Positions 42,360 to 52,395 of a stretch of 64,000 bases of DNA are shown here, piece by piece. This DNA comes from an uncultured Gemmatimonadaceae bacterium (GTDB taxonomy: Bacteria; Gemmatimonadota; Gemmatimonadetes; Gemmatimonadales; Gemmatimonadaceae): NCBI GenBank assembly GCA_963751275.1, contig CAVVTZ010000007.1:768001-832000 (forward strand), given 5' to 3'. Every line of letters starts with the position of its first letter. Positions within the stretch are counted from its first letter, which is position 1. Under the pieces are notes generated by a model. That model searched no databases, was not told the origin of the DNA, and saw only the letters and a list, made by a program, of their open reading frames with translations. The translations under genes were made by a program, and so were the position numbers.

Positions 42360-43316
42360 TCAGTCGACCCGCGACGACAGCTGCGCCGGGAACGGCTGCG
42401 AGGGAGTTGGCAGCATCACCCCGTTCACGGGCGAGAGCCGCTTCGCGCGTTTCTCCTCGTACATGAGACGGTCGGCGCGCGCGAGCAGGTCGTCCAGGTC
42501 GCGCGGCGCGTCGGGATCGTAGTAGGCGATGCCGATGCTCAGCGAGAGCAGATAGCGGCGGTCGGCGCGCGCGTTGCGGGCGCGGAGGTTCTCCTGCAGG
42601 CGCGCGGTCCACAGCTCGGCGTCGGCGCCCGCGTTCTCCATGGCGAGCACCACGAACTCGTCGCCGCCCATGCGCGCGATGATGTCCGAATCGCGGAACG
42701 TCTCCTTCAGCAGCTCCGTCGTCTCGAGCAGCGCCTGGTCGCCCACGCTGTGGCCCAGCGTGTCGTTGATCACCTTCAGCCCGTCGAGGTCCACGAAGAT
42801 GTGCGACACGCGGCGGCGCATCCGGTCCGCGACCTTGAACAGCTGGCGCGCGAGCGCGAGCAGGCCGCGCCGGTTGTAGAGCAGCGTCAGCGGATCCACC
42901 AGCGACATCTCGCGCAGCGCGGCGTGCAGCTGCTGGCGCTCGATCGCGTAGCGGATCGCGCGCACGAGCAAATGGCCGTCCACCTGGCCCTTCACGAGCG
43001 AGTCCTGCGCGCCCACCTTCAGCGCGCGCATCGCCAGCGCCTCATCGTCCACGCTGCTCAGCACGATGATCGGCAGGTCGGGCTGCTGCTCGTGGAGCAG
43101 CTTGAGCGGATGCAGGTCGTGCCCGTCGCTCAGCGAGAGGTCGAGCAGCACGGCGTCGAACTTCCGGTCGCTCATGCGGTGCAGCGCATCGCTCACCTGC
43201 GTCACGTGCACGAGGTCGAACTGCGCGGCCGCGCGGCCCGCCACCGCGCCGTTGAGGCGCCGGACGTCCCGCTCGCTGTCTGCGATCACCAATACCCGGA
43301 TCGGACCGCCGCTCAA
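42360..43316 (-). CDS. REC-GGDEF diguanylate cyclase
   Basis: LLDLSL receiver; DPLT, DLDGLK, RDSD I-site, intact GGDEF; TTG start overlaps the upstream TGA. Confidence 0.9.
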   Translation of the reverse strand: MSGGPIRVLVIADSERDVRRLNGAVAGRAAAQFDLVHVTQVSDALHRMSDRKFDAVLLDLSLSDGHDLHPLKLLHEQQPDLPIIVLSSVDDEALAMRALKVGAQDSLVKGQVDGHLLVRAIRYAIERQQLHAALREMSLVDPLTLLYNRRGLLALARQLFKVADRMRRRVSHIFVDLDGLKVINDTLGHSVGDQALLETTELLKETFRDSDIIARMGGDEFVVLAMENAGADAELWTARLQENLRARNARADRRYLLSLSIGIAYYDPDAPRDLDDLLARADRLMYEEKRAKRLSPVNGVMLPTPSQPFPAQLSSRVD

Positions 43317-44962
43317 ACCGCCACCCGCTCGTGCTGCGGCACCGCGACGGGCCGCGGCGGCGGCGCCAACGTGGCGCTCCGCTGGTCCAGGATCCCCATG
43401 AACAGCTTGAACAGGGCGGGGTCGAACGCGGCGCCGACGTCCGCCTGCATGATCTCGCGCGCGCGCTCGCGCGTGAACGCGGTGCGGTACGGCCGGTCGG
43501 TCACCAGCGCGTCCCACACATCGGCAATGCAAAGGATGCGCGCCGAGAGCGGGATCGCCTCGCCCGCGATCCTGTCGGGATAGCCGGTGCCGTCCCAACG
43601 CTCGTGGTGGTGCCGGATCATCGGCTTCACGTCCCACGGGAATTCGATGCCCGCGAGCATCTTCTCGCCGGCCGCCGGATGGCGCTCCATGAGCGCGCGC
43701 TCCTCCGCGGTGAGCGGGCCCGGCTTGTTCAGGATGCTCGACGGCACGATCAGCTTGCCCACGTCGTGCAGCAGCGCGCCGGCGCGGAACCAGAACAGCG
43801 TCTCGTGGTCCAGCCCCGCCATGCGCGCGAGCGCGCACGCGTAGTCGGCCACGCGGTCGCAGTGGCCGCTCGTGTAGTTGTCCTTCGACTCGATGGACGC
43901 GCCCCACTCGGCCACGATCTCCAGGAACTTCGCTTCCAGCTCGCCCAGGCGCCGCCGCGTCTCCACCACGTCGCGCCGCGCGCGCAGTTGCGAGAACAGC
44001 CGGTGCGCCGTGTTCAGCTCGCGCAGCGTGTCGCGATTGCGGTCCTGCCGCCGGTAGAGTTCGGCGCGCTCCTTGGCCGTGTGCGCCGCGAGCAGCAGCT
44101 CGTGCCGCTGCTCGGCGATCTGCCAGGCCTGGCCGAAGAACTCCTCCGCCCCGCCGAAATCGCCCGTCTCGCGCGCGATCACGCCGTAATGCTTGTACGC
44201 ATCGCCCAGCCCGCGGTGGTCGCCGGTCTGCTCCGCCAGCGTGAGCGCGGTGTCGCACCACTCGCGCGCCTTCACGTATTCCCGGCGCGCGATCCACAGT
44301 TCCGCCCGGTTCACCGCCACCGCGATCTGCGTGCCCACGTCGCCCGTGCGCACCGCCGTGTCGAACGCCTCGAGGTACATCTCCTCGGCCGAGCGCCACC
44401 GGCGCATCTGCGAGTAGAGCATCCCGATGTTGTTCAGCAGGCCGCAGAGCGGCCCGTCGAGGCCGAGGCGGCGATAACCGGCGAGCGCCGCGCGGTAGTG
44501 GGTGAGTGCCTTCGGCTGGTCGCCGCGGATCCCGGCGATCGTGCCCAGGTTCTGCTCGATCATCGCGACCAGCTGCGTCTCGCCGGCGAGCGTCGCGTAC
44601 TTCACCGCGCGGCCGTACAGGCGCGCGGCCTCGTCCAGATCGCCGCGCTGCTGGTGCGCGATCGCCATCAGATTGACCACGCTCGCCACGCCGGGCCGGT
44701 CGCTGTTGGCCATCGCCACCGCGAGCGCCGCGGCGTAGCAGTCGAAGGCCGACTCGGTGTCGGCATCGTCGGCGTAGGTGCGCCCCGTCCAGCGCAAGAG
44801 CGCCGAGGCGGTGGACGCGTGCTCGCGCTGGTCCAGGTCGTACAGCGCTTGCTCGTACATCGCGCGCGCGGCCGCCCGCTGCCCCGCGCGCTCCAGGCGC
44901 AGCGCCTCCGAGATGCGCGCCGCCAGCTCCGGCGCGAGCCCTTTCAGCTCGCGCGGCGTCAT
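43313..44962 (-). CDS. TPR plus HD-GYP phosphodiesterase
   Basis: TPR repeats (NLGTI, NNIGML); [36 protein letters not shown]. Confidence 0.92.
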   Translation of the reverse strand: MTPRELKGLAPELAARISEALRLERAGQRAAARAMYEQALYDLDQREHASTASALLRWTGRTYADDADTESAFDCYAAALAVAMANSDRPGVASVVNLMAIAHQQRGDLDEAARLYGRAVKYATLAGETQLVAMIEQNLGTIAGIRGDQPKALTHYRAALAGYRRLGLDGPLCGLLNNIGMLYSQMRRWRSAEEMYLEAFDTAVRTGDVGTQIAVAVNRAELWIARREYVKAREWCDTALTLAEQTGDHRGLGDAYKHYGVIARETGDFGGAEEFFGQAWQIAEQRHELLLAAHTAKERAELYRRQDRNRDTLRELNTAHRLFSQLRARRDVVETRRRLGELEAKFLEIVAEWGASIESKDNYTSGHCDRVADYACALARMAGLDHETLFWFRAGALLHDVGKLIVPSSILNKPGPLTAEERALMERHPAAGEKMLAGIEFPWDVKPMIRHHHERWDGTGYPDRIAGEAIPLSARILCIADVWDALVTDRPYRTAFTRERAREIMQADVGAAFDPALFKLFMGILDQRSATLAPPPRPVAVPQHERVAV

Positions 44963-46095
44963 TCCGGGGGCTCCGTACTGCCGCTCATCACGCCGTATTC
45001 GCGCAGTTTCCGCGCGAGCGTCGGACGCGAGATCCCGAGAATGCGCGCCGCCGCGCTGCGGTTTCCCCCGGTGATCTCCAGCATCGCCAGCACCGCCTCG
45101 CGCTCCACCAGCGCGAGCGCCTTCCCCTCCGGCGGGATCACGATCTCATGGTGCGCGCCCTGCGCCGCGTGGGTCGCGGGCATCGACATGCGCTGCTGGA
45201 TCATCATGTGCTCGGCGCCGATCGACTGTCCCTCGGACAGGATCGCCGCGTGCTCGATCACGTTCTTCAGCTCGCGGATGTTGCCGGGCCACATGTGCCC
45301 GCGCAGCGCCGCGGCCGCCGCGGGCTCGAGCGTCTTCGGCTCCAGGTCCTGCTGGCGCGCGATCTCGGCCAGGAAATGCTGCGCGAGCAGCTCGACATCC
45401 CCCGCGCGCGTGCGCAGCGGGGGCAGCACGATCCGGAAGACGTTGAGGCGGTAGTAGAGATCCTCGCGGAACTCGAGCCGCGCCACCGCATCGTGCAGCG
45501 ACGTATTGGCCGCCGTGATGATCCGGCAGCTGATCTCGATCTCCTGCAAGCCCCCGAGCCGGCGCACGCGGCGCTCCTCGAGCGCGCGGAGCAGCTTGGG
45601 CTGCAACCGCGGGGGCAGCTCGCCGATCTCGTCCAGGAAGAGCGTGCCGTTGCCGGCGAGCTCCATCAGGCCGCGCTTCTGCGCGCGCGCGTCGGTGAAC
45701 GCGCCCCGCTCGTGCCCGAACAGCTCGGACTCCAACAGCGTCTCGGGGATCGCGGCGCAGTTCACTGCGACGAACGGCTCGCCGCGCGATGCGCCTTCGT
45801 AGTGGATGCCGCGCGCGAAGAGCTCCTTGCCGGTGCCCGTCTCGCCCACGACCAGCACCGTCGTCAGGCGGCTGGACGCCACCTTGCGCGCGCGCTCCAG
45901 GGCGTCCCGGATCGCATCGCTCTCACCGACGATATTCTCGAGGCCGAATTGCAACGCTCCCCCGGGTCGTGACTCCAAGCAAGGGACTTCAGCGGGCGCT
46001 CCAAAGTAACCGGGCTCGGCGGCGTCCGGCACCTCCGGCGCGCGCAGCCGCGGAGCCGGCGGATGCGCGGTGGGATCCGCGCGCATCTTGCTCAT
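44959..46095 (-). CDS. Sigma54-dependent activator lacking an N-terminal sensor domain
   Basis: [48 protein letters not shown], Fis-type HTH. Confidence 0.92.
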   Translation of the reverse strand: MSKMRADPTAHPPAPRLRAPEVPDAAEPGYFGAPAEVPCLESRPGGALQFGLENIVGESDAIRDALERARKVASSRLTTVLVVGETGTGKELFARGIHYEGASRGEPFVAVNCAAIPETLLESELFGHERGAFTDARAQKRGLMELAGNGTLFLDEIGELPPRLQPKLLRALEERRVRRLGGLQEIEISCRIITAANTSLHDAVARLEFREDLYYRLNVFRIVLPPLRTRAGDVELLAQHFLAEIARQQDLEPKTLEPAAAAALRGHMWPGNIRELKNVIEHAAILSEGQSIGAEHMMIQQRMSMPATHAAQGAHHEIVIPPEGKALALVEREAVLAMLEITGGNRSAAARILGISRPTLARKLREYGVMSGSTEPPE

Positions 46096-47144
46096 GCGGC
46101 GAGCGCCGACAGGCGCCGTTCGACGTCGCCCACCTGGCGCGCCGCGCCGAGCGCGCGGAAGCGCGTGAGCGCCTGCTCCCACGCGAGCCGTGCCGCCGCG
46201 GGCTCGCCGCGACGCAGCCACAACTCGCCCGCGTCGCGCTCCACTTCCGCCTCGAGCAGGGCATCCTCGGTCTCGCGCGCCATCGCGCGCGCCGCGTCCA
46301 GCGACCGTGTCGCGCTCTCCAGCTCGCCGCGCTCCCGGCCCACCAGTGCGAGCAGGCGCAGCGACTCGGCGTGACGTGCCCGGTCCCCCCGGTGCTCGGC
46401 CATCGCGAGGCCATGCCGGCACACGGTCTCCGCGTCGGCCAGCAGCCCCCGTGCGACGAGCAGTTCCACGCGGCTCAGCTCCACCGCCTCCGTCAGCGGC
46501 ACGTCCCCGATCCGCTTGGCGAGCGCGAGCGCCTCCTGCGACGCGCGCTCCGCTTCGTCGAGTTCCCCCGCCAGCGTGTGCAACCGCCCCACGTTGCAGA
46601 GCACCCAGCACGCGCCCTCCTCGTCGCCCGCATCGCGGAATCCGCGGAGGCTCAGCCGGAAGCGCGCGAGCGCGTCCTTGTCCTCGCCCTGCACCATGGC
46701 GAGCGCGCCAAGGTTCTGTTCGATCATCCCGAACAGCCGGCGCTCGCCCGCGTGCACCGCGTTCAGCCCCGCCTCGGCGTACAGACGCCGCGCCTGCTTC
46801 ACGTCGCCGCGCCGCTGCGCCACGATGGCGAGGCAATTGAGCGCGTTCGCAATGCCGCCGGCGTACGGGAGCGTGCGCGAAAGGGTGAGACTCCGCGCGT
46901 ACAGCGGCTCGGCCCCCGCCAAGTCGCCGAGCTCGCGCCGCAGGGTGCCCTTCCAGCGCAGGATGTCCGCGAGCTGCGCGGTCGGGCGGTGCGTCTCCAA
47001 CAGCGTGATCGCGAGGTCGTAGGCCGCAAGCGCTTCGCGCGCGCTGCCCTCACGTTCGAGACGCTGCGCACGGTCCGCGATGCGATGCGCCTCGGCCGCC
47101 GGCGGTGTCCGCTCCGCCGAGGAGTGCGTGATCGACTTGTTCAC
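46092..47144 (-). CDS. Stand-alone TPR protein
   Basis: All-helical repeats similar to the TPR region of the HD-GYP protein (both contain MIEQNLG). Confidence 0.85.
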   Translation of the reverse strand: MNKSITHSSAERTPPAAEAHRIADRAQRLEREGSAREALAAYDLAITLLETHRPTAQLADILRWKGTLRRELGDLAGAEPLYARSLTLSRTLPYAGGIANALNCLAIVAQRRGDVKQARRLYAEAGLNAVHAGERRLFGMIEQNLGALAMVQGEDKDALARFRLSLRGFRDAGDEEGACWVLCNVGRLHTLAGELDEAERASQEALALAKRIGDVPLTEAVELSRVELLVARGLLADAETVCRHGLAMAEHRGDRARHAESLRLLALVGRERGELESATRSLDAARAMARETEDALLEAEVERDAGELWLRRGEPAAARLAWEQALTRFRALGAARQVGDVERRLSALAA

Positions 47145-47174
47145 GGGATGTCCCCCCGGGTTCCCGCGCCGGCC

Positions 47175-47840
47175 CTAGTGCCGCCCCCCGATCACGCCGC
47201 AGCACGTCGGCTGGTACTGCGAGGCCAGGATCACCACCGAGAAGTGCGGCACCGGGAAGGACGCGGAAGTCAACGCATCGTTGACCGTCGCTGTCAGGTC
47301 CTGATACGTCGTGACCCCATCGTCCGCGCCGATCAGGAGCCGCGACACGATGTATCCGCCGCTCAACTGCTTCGCGATCGCCTGACTCTTGTACGCGTTG
47401 GTGAAGCTCAGATCGAGCGTCAGCGTCGCCGGCGTCGCGAACTGCAGCCCGCTCGGTGACATCTCGAACACCACGTTGCGGCCGGCGTCGGCACGCATCG
47501 TGATCTTCGTCCGCTTGGTGAGTGCGCCGGCCGGCACCGTGAAGACCGCGCCGACCGATGGGATCCGGATCGCGCCGCCCTGCGCCCCGATCGCCGCGCT
47601 CGCCGACACATTGTGCTTGAGACGCGGCACCCAGCGCAGCACCCGCACCTTGTGGCCGTGATTCCCGTCGGCAGCGGCCACCCGGTCCGCTGCAGCGAGC
47701 GGTACCGCGCTCGTCATGTTCGCGGACGGCGTAGCGGTCGAGGCGCTGCGCGTCGCCAGCGGCGACGTCGTGTCGCCGCAGGCATACATCGCGCCGATGC
47801 CGGCCAACAGGGCGCCGGTCGCAGCAAGGCGGACGTTCAT
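47175..47840 (-). CDS. Lipoprotein with ZU5-like domain and HFS motif
   Basis: Lipobox MYAC; IGAQGGAI.IP...F.VPAGAL; SPSGLQFATPATL; PHFS. Confidence 0.75.
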   Translation of the reverse strand: MNVRLAATGALLAGIGAMYACGDTTSPLATRSASTATPSANMTSAVPLAAADRVAAADGNHGHKVRVLRWVPRLKHNVSASAAIGAQGGAIRIPSVGAVFTVPAGALTKRTKITMRADAGRNVVFEMSPSGLQFATPATLTLDLSFTNAYKSQAIAKQLSGGYIVSRLLIGADDGVTTYQDLTATVNDALTSASFPVPHFSVVILASQYQPTCCGVIGGRH

Positions 47841-47900
47841 GGGGACTTCTCCGTTCGAAGGGCGGGGGAACAGCGGCATGGCGGACGAGTGTCTATCTAT

Positions 47901-47916
47901 AGCAACTGCTGTGCCT
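47901..47916 (-). promoter_or_regulatory. Sigma54 (-24/-12) promoter
   Basis: Minus strand reads AGGCACAGCAGTTGCT (GG-N10-GC), close to TGGCAC-N5-TTGCW; the operon encodes a sigma54 activator. Confidence 0.8.
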
Positions 47917-47956
47917 CACGTAACTCGTTGCCATTGCACGTTCTTTTTCAGCAGGT

Positions 47957-48041
47957 GGAACGCATCGTTCCGGGGTATCAGAACGTTACGTTACAACAGC
48001 GGAACGTTTCTTACCGTCACGCAACGGGACGTTACCGTCAC
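47957..48041. promoter_or_regulatory. Candidate upstream activator sites
   Basis: ggaacg-cat-cgttcc palindrome at 47957; gaacgtt at 47981/48002; ttaccgtcac at 48011/48032 (21-bp spacing). Confidence 0.5.
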
Positions 48042-48048
48042 CGTGGAC

Positions 48049-48933
48049 CTATTGACCGATTCCCGCTCCGCTCGCATGCGCCCAAACCAGCCGCGAAACA
48101 TCGGCTGTGAGACGCCGAGTGACCGAGTCGCCGGCGCTCCCTTGATGCAGCACCACGAGCACGTACGGCGTGGCGGATAGCGGGTAGACGATCGCCGCAT
48201 CATGGTCGACCAGGCCATCGACCCACCCGGTCTTGTGCGCCACCGGTGTATGCGGCGGCAGGCCCGCGGGAATGCCGTCGTCGAACTCCTGCTTGAGGAG
48301 GATCGCGAGCATCGCCTTGCAGCTCGCCGGCGAGGCGGCCTTGTCCTGGGCGATCGCCGCCATCACCACGGCGAGATCGTGCGCGGTCACCGTGTTGATG
48401 AGTCCCGCGCGATACGCCGGGATGTCTTCCACGCCGCGCAGCACGCGAATATGCGGTGCGCCCAGTTCATGCATCGTCTGGGTGACCTGCGCCGGACCCG
48501 CGAGATCGATCAGCACGTTCGTCGCGAGATTGCTCGAGCGCGTGATCATGAGAAAGATCAGCTCGCTCACCGTGACCGGCTGTCCGACGCGCGCATACAG
48601 CGAGCTGTCGGAGTCATCGGCCATGTCGAGCGCGTACGGCGAGCCGTCGACGATCGACTTGAACTCGTTCTGCAGCGTGATCTTCGTGTCGAGCGAGAGC
48701 GTGCCCGCGTCCACCATGCGGTAGAGCTGGATCATCACCGGCACCTTCATCGTGCTCGCCGCGTGGTAGGTCCAATTGTCGTGGATGAGCAGCGAGTCCG
48801 CGTTCGCCGCGAGCGGCCAGTAGGCCACGGCGGTGCGCGTCGTGGAATCGACGGCGATCCGCGCGCGTACTTCCGCTTCGAGCGTGGTGGGTGGCTGGAG
48901 CGCGATGATCAGCGCCAGGATGATCTGCATCAT
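48049..48933 (-). CDS. Serine hydrolase, class A beta-lactamase-like
   Basis: STMK, SSN, HKTG. Confidence 0.88.
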   Translation of the reverse strand: MMQIILALIIALQPPTTLEAEVRARIAVDSTTRTAVAYWPLAANADSLLIHDNWTYHAASTMKVPVMIQLYRMVDAGTLSLDTKITLQNEFKSIVDGSPYALDMADDSDSSLYARVGQPVTVSELIFLMITRSSNLATNVLIDLAGPAQVTQTMHELGAPHIRVLRGVEDIPAYRAGLINTVTAHDLAVVMAAIAQDKAASPASCKAMLAILLKQEFDDGIPAGLPPHTPVAHKTGWVDGLVDHDAAIVYPLSATPYVLVVLHQGSAGDSVTRRLTADVSRLVWAHASGAGIGQ

Positions 48934-49283
48934 GCGGACACCGTCCCCCGGAAAACGAAGTACACCGCCCCGACCAGGCAGAGCGCGGCCCAGAGGAAAT
49001 CGAGCTTGAGCGGCTGTTTCATGTAGAAGATCGCGAACGGTACGAAGACGCTCACGGAGATCACTTCCTGCATGATCTTCAGCTGGCCGAGTGACAGCTG
49101 CGTGTAGCCGATGCGGTTCGCCGGCACCTGGAGCAGATACTCGAACAGCGCGATCCCCCAGCTGGCCAGTGCCGCCACATACCATGGGCGCGCGCTGAGG
49201 TTCTTGAGATGCGCATACCACGCGAACGTCATGAAGAGGTTCGAGAGAATGAGCAATCCGGATGTCTTGAGGATCACGGGCAT
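48930..49283 (-). CDS. DMT-family (DUF486-like) membrane protein
   Basis: SNLFMTFAWYAHLK, FEYLLQVPANRIG, QLKIMQEVI. Confidence 0.9.
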   Translation of the reverse strand: MPVILKTSGLLILSNLFMTFAWYAHLKNLSARPWYVAALASWGIALFEYLLQVPANRIGYTQLSLGQLKIMQEVISVSVFVPFAIFYMKQPLKLDFLWAALCLVGAVYFVFRGTVSA

Positions 49284-49429
49284 GAGCGGTCCTGAGGTGA
49301 GTGATCACACCGGGGCGCCGAATATACGCGCGGCGCGCGCGCTCCGACACCGCGCGGGTTGCCGAATGCGCGCTGGCTCGTTTGTCGTGTACCCCGCGTC
49401 ATGCACCGATCCGCTTTCCGCGCTCTCGA

Positions 49430-49888
49430 ATGCCTTCGCTCACGCCGCACGCCGCCATGCCCCCGATCCCCGTGCCCGCGGACGTTTCGCGGCGCGAGCG
49501 GCTGCGGTTCACGGACTTCCGCTTCAAGCGCGCCGCCGACGGCCGCTGCAGCGCCGAGGTGGAGCTGGAATGGATGGAGGGGGTGCGCGTGCGCGGCGAT
49601 GCGGAGGGCCAATCGAGCCAGACGGTGGATCTGCGCGTCGCGGCCGAGGCGGCCCTCCGCGCGCTCGAACGCTTCTCGGATGGCTCGCTCCGCTTCGAGC
49701 TGGTGGGCGTGAAATCGGTGCGCGTCTTCGATGCGAACGTGATCATCGTGTCGGTGACGAACCACGGCGGCGGCCCATCGAAATTGCTCGGCTCGTGCCT
49801 GGTGGAAACGGATCCGGTGCGCGGCGCCGTGATCGCCGTGCTGAACGCGACGAATCGCGTCCTCGGCAATTTCATCGCGACGCGCTGA
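49430..49888 (+). CDS. Hypothetical protein
   Basis: Typical codon usage; ends AVIAVLNATNR; start uncertain (49430 or 49457). Confidence 0.7.
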   Translation: MPSLTPHAAMPPIPVPADVSRRERLRFTDFRFKRAADGRCSAEVELEWMEGVRVRGDAEGQSSQTVDLRVAAEAALRALERFSDGSLRFELVGVKSVRVFDANVIIVSVTNHGGGPSKLLGSCLVETDPVRGAVIAVLNATNRVLGNFIATR

Positions 49889-49898
49889 CCGCGCGTCG

Positions 49899-51422
49899 AT
49901 GACCAGGTCCCTCGCGCGGTGCGCGCTGGCTGCGCTCTTCGCGGCCGCCGCGTGCCACTCCGCTCCTCCGGCCACCGCGCCGGCGCCGGGCACCGTCGTG
50001 CCTGGTGCGGCGCCACGCGACTCGATGCAGGCCGCGAGCGCACGCCCGGACACCATGCGTCGCGACAGCACCCCGATCCCGGTGCCCGAGGTGACTCACG
50101 AGGCGGTGAGCCTCTTTGGCGACTCCATCTCGGCGCCGACCATGGTAGCCGACAGCATCGCGGATTCGAGCGCGGCGCAACCGGCTCCCGTGGCCGCCGC
50201 GGCCGCACCCGCCGCCGCGACGTGGGACATCGATGTCCGCTCCTACGAAACGCGGCAGCGCGTCGCGTTCTACGTCGCGCGCTTCCAGGGTGAGGCGCGG
50301 CCCCGGTTCAGCGCGTGGCTGCAGCGCGGCGGACGGTATGAACCAATGATCCGCGCGAAGCTCAAGAAGGCTGGACTGCCCGAAGACCTCACCTATCTCG
50401 CCCTCATCGAGAGCGGCTACGATCCCAACGCGTACTCGAGCGCAGCCGCGATCGGCATCTGGCAGCTCATGACCGGCACCGCCCAGGGGACCGGCCTCCG
50501 TGTGGACTGGTGGATCGACGAGCGCCGCGATCCCGTGCGCTCCACCGACGGCGCGATCAAGTTCCTCGGCTGGCTCAACGGGCAGTTCGGCTCGCTCTAT
50601 CTCGCCGCCGCCGCATACAATGGCGGCCCCGGTCGCGTCGCACGCGGGCTTACGCGCTACGCCGATTCGCTCGAAGGGCGCACCGGCGACGACCGGTTCT
50701 TCGCGTTGGCGGAGACCGACTATCTGCGCGCCGAGACGCGGGATTATGTGCCGAAGCTGATCGCCGCGGCGCTCGTTGCGAAAGAGCCCGCGAAGTACGG
50801 ACTCGCGATCACGCTCGATCCGCCGCTCGCGTACGACTCGGCGCTGCTGGGTCCCGCGACGCCGCTGGCGTTGGTCGCGAAAGCGGCGGGTGCGCCGCTG
50901 CCGAAGATCATGGAGCTGAACAACGGGATCCTGCGCGGGATGACGCCGCCGGCCGGACAGTGGTGGGTACGGATTCCGGCTGGAAGCGGCATCGCGTTCG
51001 ACTCGGCGTTCGCACTGGTCCCAGCGAGCAAAAGATCAGGAATCCAGCGCTATACGGTGAAAAACAACAGCAGTATCACGACAGTAAGCCATAAATTCAA
51101 GCTATCATCGCGACAGTTCATCTGGTTCAACCCGCAATACAAGAAGAGCAAGAGCGGCGTGGTCGGAGCGGGGAAGGTCGTGCTCATCCCCACGGCCGCT
51201 ACCCTCTCTGCCGCGCGCGACGTGCCGGACCCCGCGATCGAGAAATACGGTTCATCGCGCCAGCATTCGGTGACGCACGTGGTGAAGAAGGGCGAGACGC
51301 TCACGTCGATCGCGACGCGGTACGGGACTACCGCGGCATCGCTTCGAAAGCTGAACGGGTTGAAGACGAACGCGATATACCCGGGTCAGGTCCTGCTCAT
51401 CAAGAAGGGCAAGAGGCGATAG
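49899..51422 (+). CDS. MltD-like lytic transglycosylase with LysM
   Basis: Lipobox; LALIESG, GIWQLM, DERRDP, AAYNGG, ETRDYVPK; LysM HVVKKGETL. Confidence 0.92.
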   Translation: MTRSLARCALAALFAAAACHSAPPATAPAPGTVVPGAAPRDSMQAASARPDTMRRDSTPIPVPEVTHEAVSLFGDSISAPTMVADSIADSSAAQPAPVAAAAAPAAATWDIDVRSYETRQRVAFYVARFQGEARPRFSAWLQRGGRYEPMIRAKLKKAGLPEDLTYLALIESGYDPNAYSSAAAIGIWQLMTGTAQGTGLRVDWWIDERRDPVRSTDGAIKFLGWLNGQFGSLYLAAAAYNGGPGRVARGLTRYADSLEGRTGDDRFFALAETDYLRAETRDYVPKLIAAALVAKEPAKYGLAITLDPPLAYDSALLGPATPLALVAKAAGAPLPKIMELNNGILRGMTPPAGQWWVRIPAGSGIAFDSAFALVPASKRSGIQRYTVKNNSSITTVSHKFKLSSRQFIWFNPQYKKSKSGVVGAGKVVLIPTAATLSAARDVPDPAIEKYGSSRQHSVTHVVKKGETLTSIATRYGTTAASLRKLNGLKTNAIYPGQVLLIKKGKRR

Positions 51423-51449
51423 TAGCACCACTCCCTGACTCCGTGAGAC

Positions 51450-51606
51450 GCACCCCCAACGCCGTGAGGCGTGAGGCGTGCGCCGAACAGACTGCACCGC
51501 GTGCGACGAGACCCGAACTCCGTGAGTCACTCACGAAGCTCGGGTCTCGCCGCACGCCTCACAATCAGTTCGGCGCACGCCTCACGCCTCACGGCGTTCG
51601 GGGTGC
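51450..51606. repeat. Nested palindrome, family B-related, with GTGAGGC heptamers
   Basis: gcacccccaacgccgtgaggcgtgaggcgtgcgccgaac ... gttcggcgcacgcctcacgcctcacggcgttcggggtgc; inner cccgaactccgtga. Confidence 0.8.
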
Positions 51607-51620
51607 CAATACCGCCGTTC

Positions 51621-52313
51621 TTAGTCGACCGTGCCCCGTCCTTTATAGCCTCTCATCACCGCCAACTCGTACCCATTCCGCGGATCCTGCCCCAGCATCC
51701 GCATGGACTCCACGGTCTGCGAGCCGCGGTTATACACCAGCAGCGCGATCTGCACGTCCCCGCGGTACTGCGTGATCAGCGTCCGCAGGTAGCGGAATCC
51801 CACCCGCAGATTCGTGTGAACCTCGGTGAGGTTCTCACGGGTGGTGTCGCGCTCGAAGTACTTCGCCGTCGCCGGCATGATCTGCGTGAGCCCCACGGCG
51901 CCCGCCGAACTCACGGCGCGCTCGTTGAACTGGCTTTCGACCTTCACGAGGCGGAACGCCAGGTCCGGGTCGATCCCCTCCTCGAGCGCCACGTCGTACA
52001 CCGGCGCCGCGACATCCGCGCCCACCCTATACCGCGCCGAGTAGTCCAGGATCGCGTTCGCCCGGCTCAGCTGGGCGCGCGCGATGTCCAGATCGCTGCG
52101 GGTCGCGGCCAGATCAGCCGCCAGGCGGTGCGACTGCGCCACCAGTCCAAAAGCAAATCCACCGTTGGAAGAGGCTTCCGCCTCCCGGGGCTGCTCCGCT
52201 GGGATGAGCGCGATCGCCGCGATCAACCCGCCCACCAGCAACCCCTTCCTGATCCGCGCATTGCGGCGGATCCGGTCGCCACGGTGCGAATACGTCACTT
52301 TGGAAAATTTCAT
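51621..52313 (-). CDS. SLT-domain lytic transglycosylase
   Basis: VESQF, AVSSAGAVGLTQIMPATA, NLRVG, YNRG. Confidence 0.9.
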   Translation of the reverse strand: MKFSKVTYSHRGDRIRRNARIRKGLLVGGLIAAIALIPAEQPREAEASSNGGFAFGLVAQSHRLAADLAATRSDLDIARAQLSRANAILDYSARYRVGADVAAPVYDVALEEGIDPDLAFRLVKVESQFNERAVSSAGAVGLTQIMPATAKYFERDTTRENLTEVHTNLRVGFRYLRTLITQYRGDVQIALLVYNRGSQTVESMRMLGQDPRNGYELAVMRGYKGRGTVD

Positions 52314-52395
52314 GGTCCCCTCCAGAAGGCGGGTTCCAGACACACGAACGGGGCGACGAATCGCCCCGCAGCCCTTACGGGCAATACCACAACGG

